Assembly: GCA_951406725.2 (NCBI GenBank)
Contig: OX597815.1
Span: forward strand, 101,680,001 to 101,744,000
Length of the DNA: 64,000 nt
Reading direction: 5' to 3'
Source of the DNA: Octopus vulgaris
Taxonomy: Eukaryota
Shown here one piece after another: positions 16,421 to 30,570 of the stretch (position 1 is its first letter; each line of letters begins with the position of its first letter). The notes below the pieces were generated by a model. The model had not been told where the DNA came from, ran no database searches, and was given only the letters and a program-made list of their open reading frames with translations. A program made the translations under genes and the position numbers.

Positions 16421-16652
16421 TATTTCTTTATTGTCCACAAGGGGCTAAACATAGAGGGGACAAACAAGGACAGACATAGGTATTAAGTCGATTACATCGA
16501 CCCCAGTGCGTAACTGGTACTTAATTTATCGACCCCGAAAGGATGAAAGGCAAAGTCAACCTCGGTGTAATTTGAACTCACAACGTAAAGGCAGACGAAA
16601 TACCGCTAAGCATTTCGCCCGGCGTGTTAACGTTTCAGCCAGCTCGCCGCCT
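16421..16652 (-). mobile_element. SINE family B, near full length
   Basis: Reverse complement of 3025-3252 with the GGCGGCGAGCTGGC head intact. Confidence 0.85.
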
Positions 16653-17294
16653 TTTGAAATACCCTGTCTGTTTGCACACCGAAAACTGAGCGAATGACTT
16701 TACTTAATGTTTTATAGCTAGCAAGAGGATTTACTGAATAAATGTTAAATATTAAAACTGTACTGTATCAGCTTGTTGCACATGAAAGAAGTCTATTAAC
16801 AGTGGGGATGCTTCATAAAAATGCTTTCTATTTTTATGGCTATTGGAATCGTGGTTTGAGCCAACAATGTTTACGTGGTCGCTATAGCTGGTAGATCTGG
16901 TACAAATAGCAGCTGCATCAATCTCAAAGAAAAAATCCCAGGAAAGATAGATTAGATAATGTATTACTATAATGCCTTTATGACTTAGTCATAAGAGGAA
17001 TGGTAGCAATCTCGACCTTTTTATCAAAGGCTCTGGTGGGAGAAATAGAATAATAGACCAGGCACTAAGCCGCAACAATCTTGCAACAAAGCAGTTTCCG
17101 ATAAAAGTACCCAATGACAACGAATCAAGAATAACAAGTGTGGGGGAAAATTGGTATGGTCGTGTTTGATTAAATGTCTGCTTGATCAAGGCTGACTTGG
17201 GATTAGAAATCAGAAACAACAGCCGCTGTCTGAAAATGCTATCAAAGCAGAAGTTTCTACGAGATATGACGGTTTGCCAAAATCAAGTCAACAA

Positions 17295-17577
17295 TAAGCG
17301 CAGGCGTGGCACGTTGGGACCAAAGCCCTGTCAGTGGATTTCATAGACGGAAACTAAAAAAAGCTCTTTACTCTTTACTTGTTTCAGTCATTTGACTGCG
17401 GCCATGCTGGAGCACCGCCTTTAGTCAAGCAAATCGACCCCTGACTTATTCATTGTAAGTCTAGTAGTACTTATTCTATCGGGCTCCTTTTACCGAACCG
17501 CTAGGTTACGGGGACGTAAACACATCAGCATCGGTTATCAAGCGATGTTGGGGGGGGGGGCAAACACAGACACGCAA

Positions 17578-17662
<85 letters not shown>

Positions 17663-17905
17663 TACGACGGGCTGAGCGTGTGTGTGCGCGTCTTTTTGCT
17701 TGTGTGTGTCACACTACCACTTAACCGGTATTGGTGTTCTTTCATTCCCGTAACTTAGCCGTTCAGTAAAGGGGGTCGATAGAATAAGTACCAGGCTAAA
17801 AAATATATATATATATAAAAAGCACTGGGTTTGATTCATTCGGTTAAAAGTTCTTCAAGGTGCTGTCCAGCATGGCTGCAGTCTAATAACTGAGATAAGT
17901 AAAAT
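17295..17905. mobile_element. SINE family A pieces in both orientations
   Basis: 3' half on minus at 17365-17672, 3' half on plus at 17690-17905, head remnant at 17295-17365. Confidence 0.75.
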
Positions 17906-18269
17906 AAAGAACTAAATATAAAGAATTAAACTGACTGAAGAGTGAACATACCACTGAACCAGAATAAAATATCTCCACTAACAAAACAAAGAATATCTCA
18001 TGAATATTCTACCGAAAAATAAATCATACTCTTCATTTAGATGATGTATGAAATAATAAATATCCTGGGACCATTTATAAAATGTTCGGAAATTCTTCAT
18101 ATTGCCAACTAACAATTATAGTTAATGATGCTTTTGTTTATCCCCAGGTCAGACGTATAGGGGAGATCTCTGGCGAGTAATATAGTCAGCGTCAGCAAAA
18201 CAAATAAGCGCTTTTCACAGATCCATATCTATGACAATTGTGAGAACAACGGTGATTGAGACATATACA

Positions 18270-18570
18270 CACATATGTTTGTTCCTTCTCGAGCCATCCC
18301 TGGCTCATGGAGCCGGTTTCCCGCTTTCCTTGGCGTATAGGTTCCCCACCTAGATGGGACGCCGGCCCGTCGCAAGTGAGTTGCAAGATGCAAGAGTGAG
18401 AGAAAGTAGTGGCGAAAGAGTCAACAGAAGTTCGCCATTACCTTCTGCCGGAGCTGCGTGGGGCTTAAGTGTTTCGCTTATAAACACACACATCGCCCGG
18501 TCTGAGATTCGAACCCGCGATCCCTCGACCGCAAGTCCGCTGCTCTAACCACTAGGCCATGTGCCTCCAC
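18270..18570 (-). mobile_element. SINE family C (tRNA head, Meta-domain-like core)
   Basis: Minus strand: TGGCCTAGTGGTTAGAG...GGGTTCGAATCTC and CTTGCGACGGGCCGGCGTCCCATCTAGGTGGGGA, similar to the MetaSINE central motif. Confidence 0.7.
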
Positions 18571-18571
18571 A

Positions 18572-18644
<73 letters not shown>

Positions 18645-19283
18645 ACATATATGTACAGACAATCAATCACATATGTATGTAGTAAGAAATAGGAAAAGTA
18701 TGTATGTGTACGCGAATGTACGTATTGCACATAAGTATGCATATATGAATGTGTCTATACGTATATGAAAGAAAGAGCGAGTTCTCAATATATTACGGAC
18801 TTCTATTCATATTCTCCCTTATGTAGGATTTCATTTTCATAAGTCGGAGAAATGAATTTCGTTTGCAATTCTAAAGGTAGCATGGATGAAACAAAATAGT
18901 CCGAGAGCAGTGTGTAGGTATATAGAGAATACATAGAGACGGAAGAACACTTCTACCTCACTGCTTATACATGATTATATTTTTAAATAGATTTGCTTCC
19001 CTACCAGTCGATTCATTTAAAATATATTATTCTGCTAGCATTCTTCGTATCCTTTCATATTTTCAGGTTTCGCCGTGTTCATTGTTATATGTACAGAACT
19101 GTAGTAATACACTTTACTTCAACACTTTATACACACACACACACACACACACACAAATATATATATATATACACACACACACGTAAAAACAGATAGAGGG
19201 AGAGCGAATATTTATAGTGTGTAAGTATATATAAATATATATGAATATTTATAGTGCATATATATATATATATTTATATATAT

Positions 19284-19365
<82 letters not shown>

Positions 19366-19380
19366 ATGTATGTATGTATG

Positions 19381-19444
<64 letters not shown>

Positions 19445-19474
19445 TGTATGTATGTATGTATGTATGTATGTATG

Positions 19475-19511
<37 letters not shown>

Positions 19512-19548
19512 GGCGGTGCATCAGCATGGCCGCAGCTCTGAGCTGAAA

Positions 19549-19596
<48 letters not shown>

Positions 19597-19650
19597 GAAC
19601 AATCTTACTTAGAAATGGATGCGTGCGTTCAGTCATATATATATAAATAA

Positions 19651-19783
19651 ATAAAACATATGCATATATACATACATATATGTACGTACCTACCTCTACA
19701 TGTATATACACATGCATATATGGGTATGCATGTATATATACATGTAGAGGTAGGTACGTACATATATGTATGTATATATGCAT

Positions 19784-19792
<9 letters not shown>
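19651..19792. repeat. Near-perfect palindrome, 68-bp arms with 6-nt spacer
   Basis: Arm 19651-19718 is the reverse complement of 19725-19792 with one mismatch. Confidence 0.9.
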
Positions 19793-19828
<36 letters not shown>

Positions 19829-20594
19829 CCGTAATAGATATATAATACCGAGCAGGGAGAGAGGGAGAGATAGATAAATACATAGATAGATATGTAGATG
19901 ATAAATAGTTAGAGAGAAGCGAGAGAGAGAGAGAGAGAGAGAGGCTAAGAGAGAGAGAGAGAGAGAGAGAGAGCAAGCCCACCTGATTGACAAGTCTCTA
20001 CGTGATACAAGTAAACTTGTAACCATGTGTAATTTTTAGGCTTTTGATTCAACTTTTCTACCATTTATATATGTTCTCATTGTTCTTCTCTCATATTCCA
20101 TATTCTGAGATCCATATTTTCTTGCAGCTGGTTTAAGTTTTCTTCACGTAGTATATTTCACTTTCGTAGTTTATTGTACTTAAGCTTCCTGTACTCCTCT
20201 CTTGAAAGGAACCGCCACGTTTTCTAAATTTTCCATTAGTACTGACATGCTTGTAATAACCTACAGCTCACTTTGACTCAAAATCTTTTTATTTCTATTT
20301 TAGTTCCAGAAATACCATTTACAGTTTGAGAAATCTTAATCTCCAGGATTTGCATATTCACTTCTCGGTTCTTTGTCGTTCTTTTATCTTCTTACGTCTT
20401 CTCTCCTGTTGTTAGCTTTCATCCATTGAAAGGTTAGTTAAAATACCACGAGGTACTTCGATGTGTGAATGCAGCACTAAGTGAACTTGTAAATTTAAGG
20501 TCAAATTTGGCAAAATTCTCCTTGAGATGAGAGTTTTGTTTTTTGTTTCTGCTTCACCTGTTAAATGAAGCCAGTGAAAGTTGCGTACGAAATT

Positions 20595-20657
20595 GCAACT
20601 ACCACAACTACAACTACTACAATTACTACTACTACAACAACAACAGCGACAGCAGCA

Positions 20658-20710
<53 letters not shown>

Positions 20711-20843
20711 AATAACAGCAACTACTACTATTACTACAATACAAGCAGCAGCAGCAGCAGCGGCAACAACAGTAACAACGACAACAACAACAACAACAGC
20801 AGCAGCAGTAGCAACAACAGTAACAACGACAACAACAACAACA

Positions 20844-20887
<44 letters not shown>

Positions 20888-20942
20888 AACTACTACCACC
20901 ACTACTACTACTGCTGCTGCTGCTACTACTACTGCTACTACT
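20595..20942. repeat. Compound trinucleotide repeat (ACT/ACA/GCA)n
   Basis: Direct inspection. Confidence 0.95.
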
Positions 20943-20987
20943 GTGAGAAAGGTAAGCGATCCTTTCTCGCCGTTCCCTATCTTTCTA

Positions 20988-23900
20988 AAATGGTCTTACT
21001 CATAAAAGGCAGTTTTAATGCTTGTGGTCTGGGATCATCTTGGAAGCACGCCCACCTACTTAGCGACCTCAGATCACTAAATAGAGCCATGAAAATCACC
21101 AGCGAGACTAAAGTGCCCGATCCACATGCCTTCATATCTATTTATCTTTATGTCGACCGGAATTAAGAGGCGGATCTGCTGTGTTGTTTCAAAAGGGTCT
21201 TGATCTCACGATGCAGATCATCTTTCTGGGCCCAGAAGGTAAGCTGGTGGTTCTGGATGTGAGCAGTAGCGACGGGAGTTCTATTAGTAGTTGTTTATGC
21301 TACGACTGCTGTTGAACAGCTGGATTTCTTCAGGGGTTTGGAGGCTTTCACATAAATGTCCCACTCTTTGGTGCTAGTGGGCAACTATAATGTCATCTTG
21401 GATGCACGCCTAGATTGTGTAGGGCTGTCTGAAAACCTGCTCAAATGCTTTCAGCTGCCTCATAAGTACCGACTAGCTTTTCCGAATGTAGCAATAGGAC
21501 CATTGACGAGCCACATCGGGTCATCTAGATCGTATCTATTATGGATAAAGTATTCTATTGGCCAATAGTTAAGGATAGCATAGGTTATTCTCATTTCAAA
21601 ATCATCGGTTTCACAAACCACAAATTCAGGATCTGTACGGTCAAGCTAGGCTTCCTAGGCAGGGATCCAGTTACGAGAAGCTGAACGCGTCGTATCCGTT
21701 GAGCCAAGCTTGCAAGGACCGCATTAGTGAATTAGTTAAACGGATGTTGACGGGGCAGTCATCAGCAACAAAAGTTGTTTGACCCAGAAAGTGGCGATTA
21801 GAGTAGAATCAACAAGGTGTAGTAAGGTCGTTGTGATAGATCAAAATAAAAGGAGGAATTAGAAACTCAGAAGAGGTGCTTCGGAAAGACATCATAACTG
21901 ACATGCTCGCAGCGAGATTGGCCCATGACCAATCCTCAACTCGAACCACAAAGATTTCGTTGTCAAAGCCATTGTCGAAAGCCAGTTGATGGACCTGAGT
22001 AGCAGAGGCACTCCTGAGTACGTAGCCAGTTACAAAGTCTTTGCTGAACCATAACAGGTGCAAGTTACTGGACCCTAAATAGATGAGTACAGCTTTTCAG
22101 CTCACATCGGTCGCCTATTTGGGAGGAAATGAGATCCGGAACGTGGGATAGATCTCAATAATATCTCGACGGCCTACCACGGCAAGTGAGCCGCAAAAGC
22201 TTCATAACAGCAGTATAAATTTAAGAAAAGGGGGTTCCCTGCGTTGGGGAATGATCTGGCTTGGATCATCTGCTCTATTAGCTTTATTTTAAAATGTCAG
22301 ATAATTTGGAGACCTCTTGATAGATATCTACCGCAAGTAGCAGAAAAGCGGGAGAATTCCCTGTTCTATGAGCCTAGGAGCTGAGAAAGGGTTTAAACAA
22401 GAAGTATTACATCTATAATTTTCAGTCTATAACTGTCTTCAATGCAGGTTTCAAAATTTTTGCTAAGATATTAGTAAAGAGGTTAGCTCTTGTCATCGAC
22501 GGTCAAGTTTGCGATGCCCTAACATGCACCATCCCGAGAAAATCTATCCACTATAACCTTCATCTCACGCAGGAAGGGTGGAAAAAACCTGCCATGGTGG
22601 GGTCCTGATCAAGTTAAATCAAAAATCTTCGATACTGTCAGCTATCAATACTTAGTGGCTAGTTCATGGTGACCGTTTAGGTCCTGTCTTCCGCTCGGTG
22701 GTTAGAATGAAAGTCCACCAAACGAAACCATTCAGTATCATACGCTCGTTCGTCATTGCTGTTTCCTCCTGTTTCTTTTAGTATTGACTTTTTAGTCACT
22801 ATTGTGGAAACCAGAGACGTTGAAGGGCGTTCTACGCAAACTAGGATGTGGAAGAACAATACCGGCATGCGGGGACGATGTCACTGTTGTAGTGTCGGAC
22901 ACCAAGCATATCAAGGTGATCAGCATTGCTCTAAGGGACAACGAAACGCTTGCAAGAGCCAAAATCAACCAAGAAAAGCCAGTGGGCTGATAGCACAGCA
23001 CCTAGAGACATAGGTCTATACCGTCTAACAGAGTCGTAAGTTGATGGATGGAGGGACGGGTTAAAATGCTCAGGGTCTGGTTTGACTCACATTTCCAAAT
23101 GGAGAAGAACTGAAATGAGGTGACAAGCAGGTTGGCCAAAATCACCCATAAATTAGACGAGAGTAAGTTATTTTTGAAAGGTCGGACAGACTTGGAGAAC
23201 GCTTACATCGACTGATTTCGTCATATATTACTTCCTGATCGTCGTGTTTTGCCACTTTTCAAGTCTCACTGGACTGGAGCGCTTGCTTTTCAGCTTTCTA
23301 TGGAAAGAACGTGTTCCCCTTGTCAGGCATTCATTTGGTGTCAACACCTTCTGAGGTGAGAATGGCCATGCCCTAGCTTAAAATGCACAGGCACGCACTA
23401 CTGCTACAACATCTTCACCTTTTCTTTTACGGTGAGCAGGTGTGATCAGATTCACTTTCTCACAGCTCGTCTCTTTTACTGAGCTGTAGTCTTGGATCAA
23501 GCGGCGAACGAGGCAGAACGCTATTAGTAGAAGTCTTACTTTGGTGATATGTAGAAAGTTGGGAACGGGTAAGAGCAACGAGGTTTTTGGATAGATCCTA
23601 ACCATCGATGAGAATTAATTGACTGGTCAGTTTCGGTGGTCATTAAGGGTGGGGCTTGTAGACAATGTCCTGAAGTCTCTGACTTGTCAATACTAGTGGA
23701 GTCATTGCCGGTTAGAGATAAATCTTATAAGCATGGAGATAACGTTAGCCGGCTCTGCCCGAGATGTAGGCTGAAAATCGAAGAAGTTCTGCACTCACTA
23801 GTCCATTATCCGAGCATTGTTAGCTTGTTGAGATATGTCGAACACCACTGTCGCATGTAGAATGCATCCAGCATTGAGTCCATTTTGAAATCGTTCCATC

Positions 23901-24340
23901 GCCTTCTTTCCGCCGGGAGGTACAGGCAGCAATTATCTCTTTAGGAGGCCTTAGTGAAAGAGGTTTTGTGGTGAACCCGACAGAAAGAGTTGAAGAGAGC
24001 TACCTTTATCTGTAGCCATCATCATCATCTTTAAGTTCCACTTGCAGCAAACTTGTTGAAAGGTAGATGAAAGTGACAAAGATGTGCCGAGTGAATGGGT
24101 CTGTTCTGAGCATGCGCTCAAGTGGTAAAGGTGACTGTGGCCATTTTGGGTTTCCACGAGCAGACCTCGGAAGCTTTCTTCTAGTTAAAGAATTATTTCT
24201 TGCTTAAATTTTTGGTCTTTTTGTTTTTGTTATTTTACTGTTTGAAAGATTTTATATTTTAATTTATTTTATTGTATCAATCGGTGCTGTCCTCGGTATT
24301 TTTGTAAACCCTTTACAGTTAATAAAGAAAACATTATTAC
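20988..24340 (+). mobile_element. Decayed Tx1/L1-clade LINE ORF2 (APE endonuclease, RT, C-terminal Cys domain)
   Basis: SFNACGL..SETK and GNYNVILD (APE-like), GDDVTVVV..INQEK (YADD region), LPVRDK..CPRC..LH; many stops and frameshifts; 3' end AATAAAGAAAACATTATT. Confidence 0.8.
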
Positions 24341-24717
24341 GATTATGGTTATCATTTTTATTAGACCATGATACATAAAAATTGTGACGTAGATTTTCGC
24401 TAGTAAAGTTTAAACAAAATGTGGAAAAATAAAAAAACATGAATGATATACATATCTCTGAAAATAGCATGAAAGAAATTTTATTCAAGATAGGAGGAGC
24501 TAGCGTTTTAAAGAATCATTTTGAAGCTGTGAAAATTTCTGCAACAGTGACGAAAGTTCTGACAGAAGTTAAATTAAATGGAACATTGTAAGGAGGAATT
24601 ACAGCACACATGCATATATGCATATACATATATATGAGCACGTGCTTATATACAATCCCATACTCATACGCATTTGTATGCGCGCAAACACACATATGTT
24701 TATGTGTGTTTGTACAC

Positions 24718-24760
<43 letters not shown>

Positions 24761-24762
<2 letters not shown>

Positions 24763-25362
24763 CTAAGCAATTAAGGGTTTAGCAACGAATTGCCTTACCA
24801 CACACCGAATTTAGAAATAGCAGTCAAAGAGATTATAGCTATTTCTTCTACTAAAAGGGAGATCACAGTAAAGGCACAGCATTTGATACTAGCTATGGCT
24901 TCTAGCTCGCTCTGATACTGAGTTGAGTTGGTGCCTTCTAGTATCTCAAAATTCAATATTCAATCATTCATGATTGTTAGTATCCTGCGCTGATGAAAGA
25001 AGAAGTCTGGGTAAAGTAGAGTTATCTAATTCTTATGCTTTCCTAAGACTTGATCTCGAAACGTACGTCCGTAGGTGACTTAAAACTGTATGATAGATTG
25101 CTGTTAATTCATTCTCTTTTACCTGTTTGTGTTTGCCTTTCAAATGCTGTGCCTTTACTGTGATCTCCTTTTAGTAGAAGAAATAGCTATAATCTCTTTG
25201 ACTGCTATTTCTAAATTCGGTGTGTGGTAAGGCAATTCGTTGCTAAACCCTTAATTGCTTAGTATTACTTAAATTTTCCTCGAATGAGGCTTTTACATGC
25301 CGAAGACTACTTGGTGTAATTGATAATTGTTCCAAATTAATTAATTTCACCCTTCATTGTTA

Positions 25363-25365
<3 letters not shown>
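24761..25365 (+). mobile_element. Non-coding fold-back element in (TA)n, PLE pseudo-LTR-like
   Basis: About 125-bp near-perfect inverted repeat (24761-24886 / 25140-25264) around a hammerhead motif; (TA)n on both sides. Confidence 0.75.
24984..25075 (+). ncRNA. Type I hammerhead ribozyme motif
   Basis: Stem I CCTGCG/CGTAGG, core CTGATGA (24990-96), long stem II, GAAA (25058-61), palindromic ACGTACGT stem III, GTC cleavage triplet ending 25069. Confidence 0.8.
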
Positions 25366-25427
<62 letters not shown>

Positions 25428-25899
25428 GTATACATATATATACATATATATACACATACATATACAAGTGTGTATACATACTTGCACACATAAGCGCACA
25501 CACACACGCATACATATATACGTGAACAAATGCTTAAATATGACTGTGTATGTGTGTGTGAATGTATGTGTGTGAATGTGTGTGTTTGTGTGTGTATTCC
25601 AGTACCTTTTTGAGGATTAGCACCTGTATACATGCGTGTGTCTCCATATAAGAGGATATAGACATATACATTTGTCCGCATTCACTTATATACATATTCC
25701 TACGCAAAAGTTTTCCAAACGTAATTCCCTTCAGCTACTTCATTCCGTGAGATTGGATTCGCTCTTATTTACTTATTTATATGACTTCTATATTCTTCTA
25801 TAATTCTCAAGCATCATCCATTTTCAATAAACCTTAAAACTACAAATCTTTGAAGTTGCAATCTCTGTGTGGGTTTGTCAAATAGAATATTTAGACACT

Positions 25900-26630
25900 A
25901 AAGCGGTGACCTGGCAGAAACGTTAGCACGCCAGGCGAAACGCCTAGCGGTATTTCGTCAGCCGCTACGTTCTGAGTTCAAATTCCGCCGAGGTCGACTT
26001 TGCCTTTCATCCTTTCGGGGTCGTTTAAATAAGTACCAGTTATGCACTGAGGTCGATATAATCGCCTTCATCCGTTTGTCTGTCCTTGTTTGTCCCCTCT
26101 GTGTTTAGCCCCTTGTAGGTAGTAAAGAAATAGGTATTTCGTCAGCCGCTACGTTCTGAGTTCAAATTCCACCGAGGTCGACTTTGCCTTTCATCCTTTC
26201 GGAGTCGATTAAATAAATACCAGTTACGCACTGGGGTCGATATAATCGACTTAATCCATGTGTCTATCCTTGTTTTTCCTCTCTGTGTAGTCCTTGTGAG
26301 CAGTAAAGAAACAAGAAACTTTAGCACGCCGGGCGAATTGCTTAGTGGTATTTCGTCTGTGTTTACGTTCCGAATTCAAATTCCGTTGATATTGCAGCAG
26401 TAGTGCGTGCCTGTGTATTTTAAGCTAGGGCATGGCCATTCTCACCTCAGAAGGTGTTGACACCAAATGAAGGCCTGACAAGGGGAACACGTTTTGCCTT
26501 TCATTCTTTCGGGGTCGATAAATTAAGTACCAGTTGCGTACTGGGGTCGATCTAATCGACTGGACTCTTCCCAAAAAAGTTTGGGCCTTGCACTTAGAGT
26601 AGAAAAGAATATTTAGACACTACTTTGTTA
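25900..26630 (+). mobile_element. Head-to-tail array of three SINE family B units
   Basis: Units at about 25900-26131, 26132-26312, 26318-26630; the third is interrupted by a LINE-derived insert. Confidence 0.85.
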
Positions 26631-26789
26631 CTTAGACATATTTCCTTTGTTTGGTAAATACTGAAACCATACAAGAATACGTGTGCGAGTGTATGTACAC
26701 AAAGACACACACACGCACGCGCATACACATACACATACTTACAAACGCACGCATACACCCACACATAGCTCTCCAAAATACACACCCTC

Positions 26790-28880
26790 GACCGCCTTCT
26801 CCGTCATGCTTATTTCACCTTTTTTCACCGCTGTTCACTATCCGTTGCACATTCCACCTTACGCTTCATCTTCCACCTAAACCACCTTTTCCATGACTCT
26901 CTCGTTCGCACTAAACAACATAAACTCCACTCACTCTTTCATCCTGTCCCACCTGATGCCACTACACGTCCCCCTCCTTCCCCGATCCACTCCAGCTCAT
27001 CCATTACTCCAGCCCTACCACACACCATTTCCTCCTCTCTCGCCTCCCAGCCTACCACCGCCTCTCCATTGCCTCCCCACCTAATCCCCCCTCATGCCAC
27101 TTCTGTGGTTACTATTCTTGTAGTTACCATTCCTCCTGATCTCCCGCTCTCTGAAGCAGAGCGCTCTCTTCTCAGTAAGGGTATGCGCTTCATACCCCTC
27201 ACAGTAACGAGTTTCAGACCCATGCTGATATCCAGTACTTTGTACGCCGCGTCAGGCTACGTGTACTATTCCACAACACCCCACATGCATCTAATGAAGA
27301 AAACTGCTTCACTGATCTGGGCCGCCGACCATCCCATTGGACGCCAGCTCCTGACAAGTTCCAAGCAACTGCCAACGTTTTATGGACCGGTTTAACTTTC
27401 ATAGGCGTCCCCGATAGTTCAGCAACTCCCCAGCCGAACTCTCGGCCCTTCGATGTCGCCGACGGCGGAAAGATATCTTCATTAAACCGGCCGATAAGGG
27501 TGAAGTTGTAGTGGTGTGACGCGCAGACATTACAAGGCCGAAGCTCTCCGTCACCTTCAAGACACCTCCTTCTGTTGCCCACTGCCCTCCAACACCACGC
27601 CTAATTACCAAAAGACTGTGATCTTTGCTATTCATGACCTCATTTCCTCCTCCCGTCTCCCTCCCACTGCCTCCAACATCATTGTCTGTACCCCCACGCA
27701 CTCCCAGAATTTACTTCCTTCCCAAAATTCACAACCCCAACAACCCTGGCCACCCCATCGTCTCCGCCTGCAACTGCCACACGGAAATGATCTCTAAATA
27801 CCTCGACCGCGTCCTTTCCTTCTAGTGGCTTCCCTCCCCTCACACATCCACGATACCAATCATGCTCTCCGTCTGTTTAACACATGGGGGTGTTGGAGAA
27901 GTAGGAGCAGGTACGACAGCGTGGGCGGGAGAAGGGAAGGAGCTAGGCATGAAGGCGGGGGGTAGGGAAAAATATGGACCAGGAAGTCACGCATGTCATG
28001 AGCCTCCTGGCCCCTCTCAACTTCTGTTCACTTTTGACATTAAAAGTTTGTATACGGTGATCCCAGGCAACGAGGGACCTCTTGCGCTTAAAACTTCCTT
28101 GACCTTCGGCCTGACCCTCAACCTGACAACCTGGCGAACGTGTCCTCTCCCTCATCTACCTCTCGTTCGCAGGGTGGACATGAGAACGAAAATGAGCCCA
28201 ACTATGCAAACCTGTTCGTCGGCTACGTTGAGACCCAAATATTCACACAATTTACTGGTCCCACTCTCGAGCTGTACGGTCGTTATACCAATGACTGTAT
28301 CGGGGCGACCTCACTCTCCCGCGAATAACTGGAGCCCTTCCTCTCTTTTCTCCAATCCTTCCATCCTTCCCTCGGATTCTCCTTCACTATCTCTAATACT
28401 TCTGTCGAATTTCTTGGCTTTTCTGTCAGCATACAGCACTCAGCTCTCACTACCTCCATCCACTACAAACACATTGTCTCACACTCCTACTTTAACTTCT
28501 CCTTTTCCCACTCTACCCACACTAAGCGCTTCATCCTCTATTCCCAGTTCCTTCGTCTACGCATTATTATCTCCCTTCCTTTCAACCACTTTTTAAAATT
28601 ATTATCTTCCTTTCATTCAACCACTTTTTAAAATTATTATCTTCCTTTCATTCAACCTCTTCTTTTCTAGTCAACCCGCTATGGTAGAGAGCTGAACTCA
28701 ACACAGTTTCTCGCTTTCGGTTTTTTTTTCTTTTTTTCGCTATCTCTCCATTTTCGTCTTATTCCTTTCTGTCGAAAAGCGTAGGCTCGAAACGTAGAAG
28801 ACTGTTCAATTTTCCCGAGCGTTAAACTAATACACCTGCTTGTTCCTACACCTATTTTCGTCTTTCGTTCTGTTGTAAAT
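26790..28880 (+). mobile_element. Decayed Penelope-like element (Neptune-type) RT plus pseudo-LTR
   Basis: IFIKPADKG, PRIYFLPKIHNPNNPGHPIVS, LFTFDIKSLYT, PNYANLFVG, RYTNDC; GIY-YIG region missing; hammerhead-like CTGTCGAAAAGCGTAGGCTCGAAACGT at about 28769; ends at (TATG)n. Confidence 0.85.
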
Positions 28881-28954
28881 TTGATCTATGTATGTATGTA
28901 TGTATGTATGTATGTATGTATGTATGTATGTATGTATGTATGTATGTATGTATG

Positions 28955-29007
<53 letters not shown>

Positions 29008-29154
29008 TTATTTATTTATTTATATTTATACCAAGGACCTATAATCCTTTAAGGGACGTTTGCATCCTAGTTCTCTAGTTTATACCAGTGTTCAGTGAAA
29101 AACTAAATATATTAGTTTTGCATAGATTGATATGGGTATTTGAATTATTTATGA

Positions 29155-30158
<1,004 letters not shown>

Positions 30159-30237
30159 TTTATATATGTATATGTGTGTGTGTGTGTGTGTATGTGTGTG
30201 CGCATATATAATAATAATAACAATAACAATAATAATG

Positions 30238-30307
<70 letters not shown>

Positions 30308-30500
30308 TAATAATGATAATAATAATAATAATTTATATACGCAGCAGTAAGCAAACAAGAACTATAACCGTCATTAAATATGACTGAGGGTGTTGTAAAC
30401 AATTATGTGCTTTGACTGCAACATTAAAGCGTTTAGCTCTTATTTCTAGAAACGTAGATGTTCATAACTCAGTCACACACACACTCATACACACACACAG

Positions 30501-30569
<69 letters not shown>

Positions 30570-30570
30570 T

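Noticed and set aside
18490-18570. tRNA gene (also similar heads at 1-60 and 6075-6140)
   Set aside because: A/B boxes without a complete cloverleaf; they are SINE heads
19511-19550. 40-bp unique island inside (TA)n
   Set aside because: Resembles the SINE A 3' tail; most simply a truncated insertion
20543-21166. 207-aa N/Y-rich ORF and overlapping poly-T/poly-V ORFs
   Set aside because: Trinucleotide repeat run into the start of a decayed LINE
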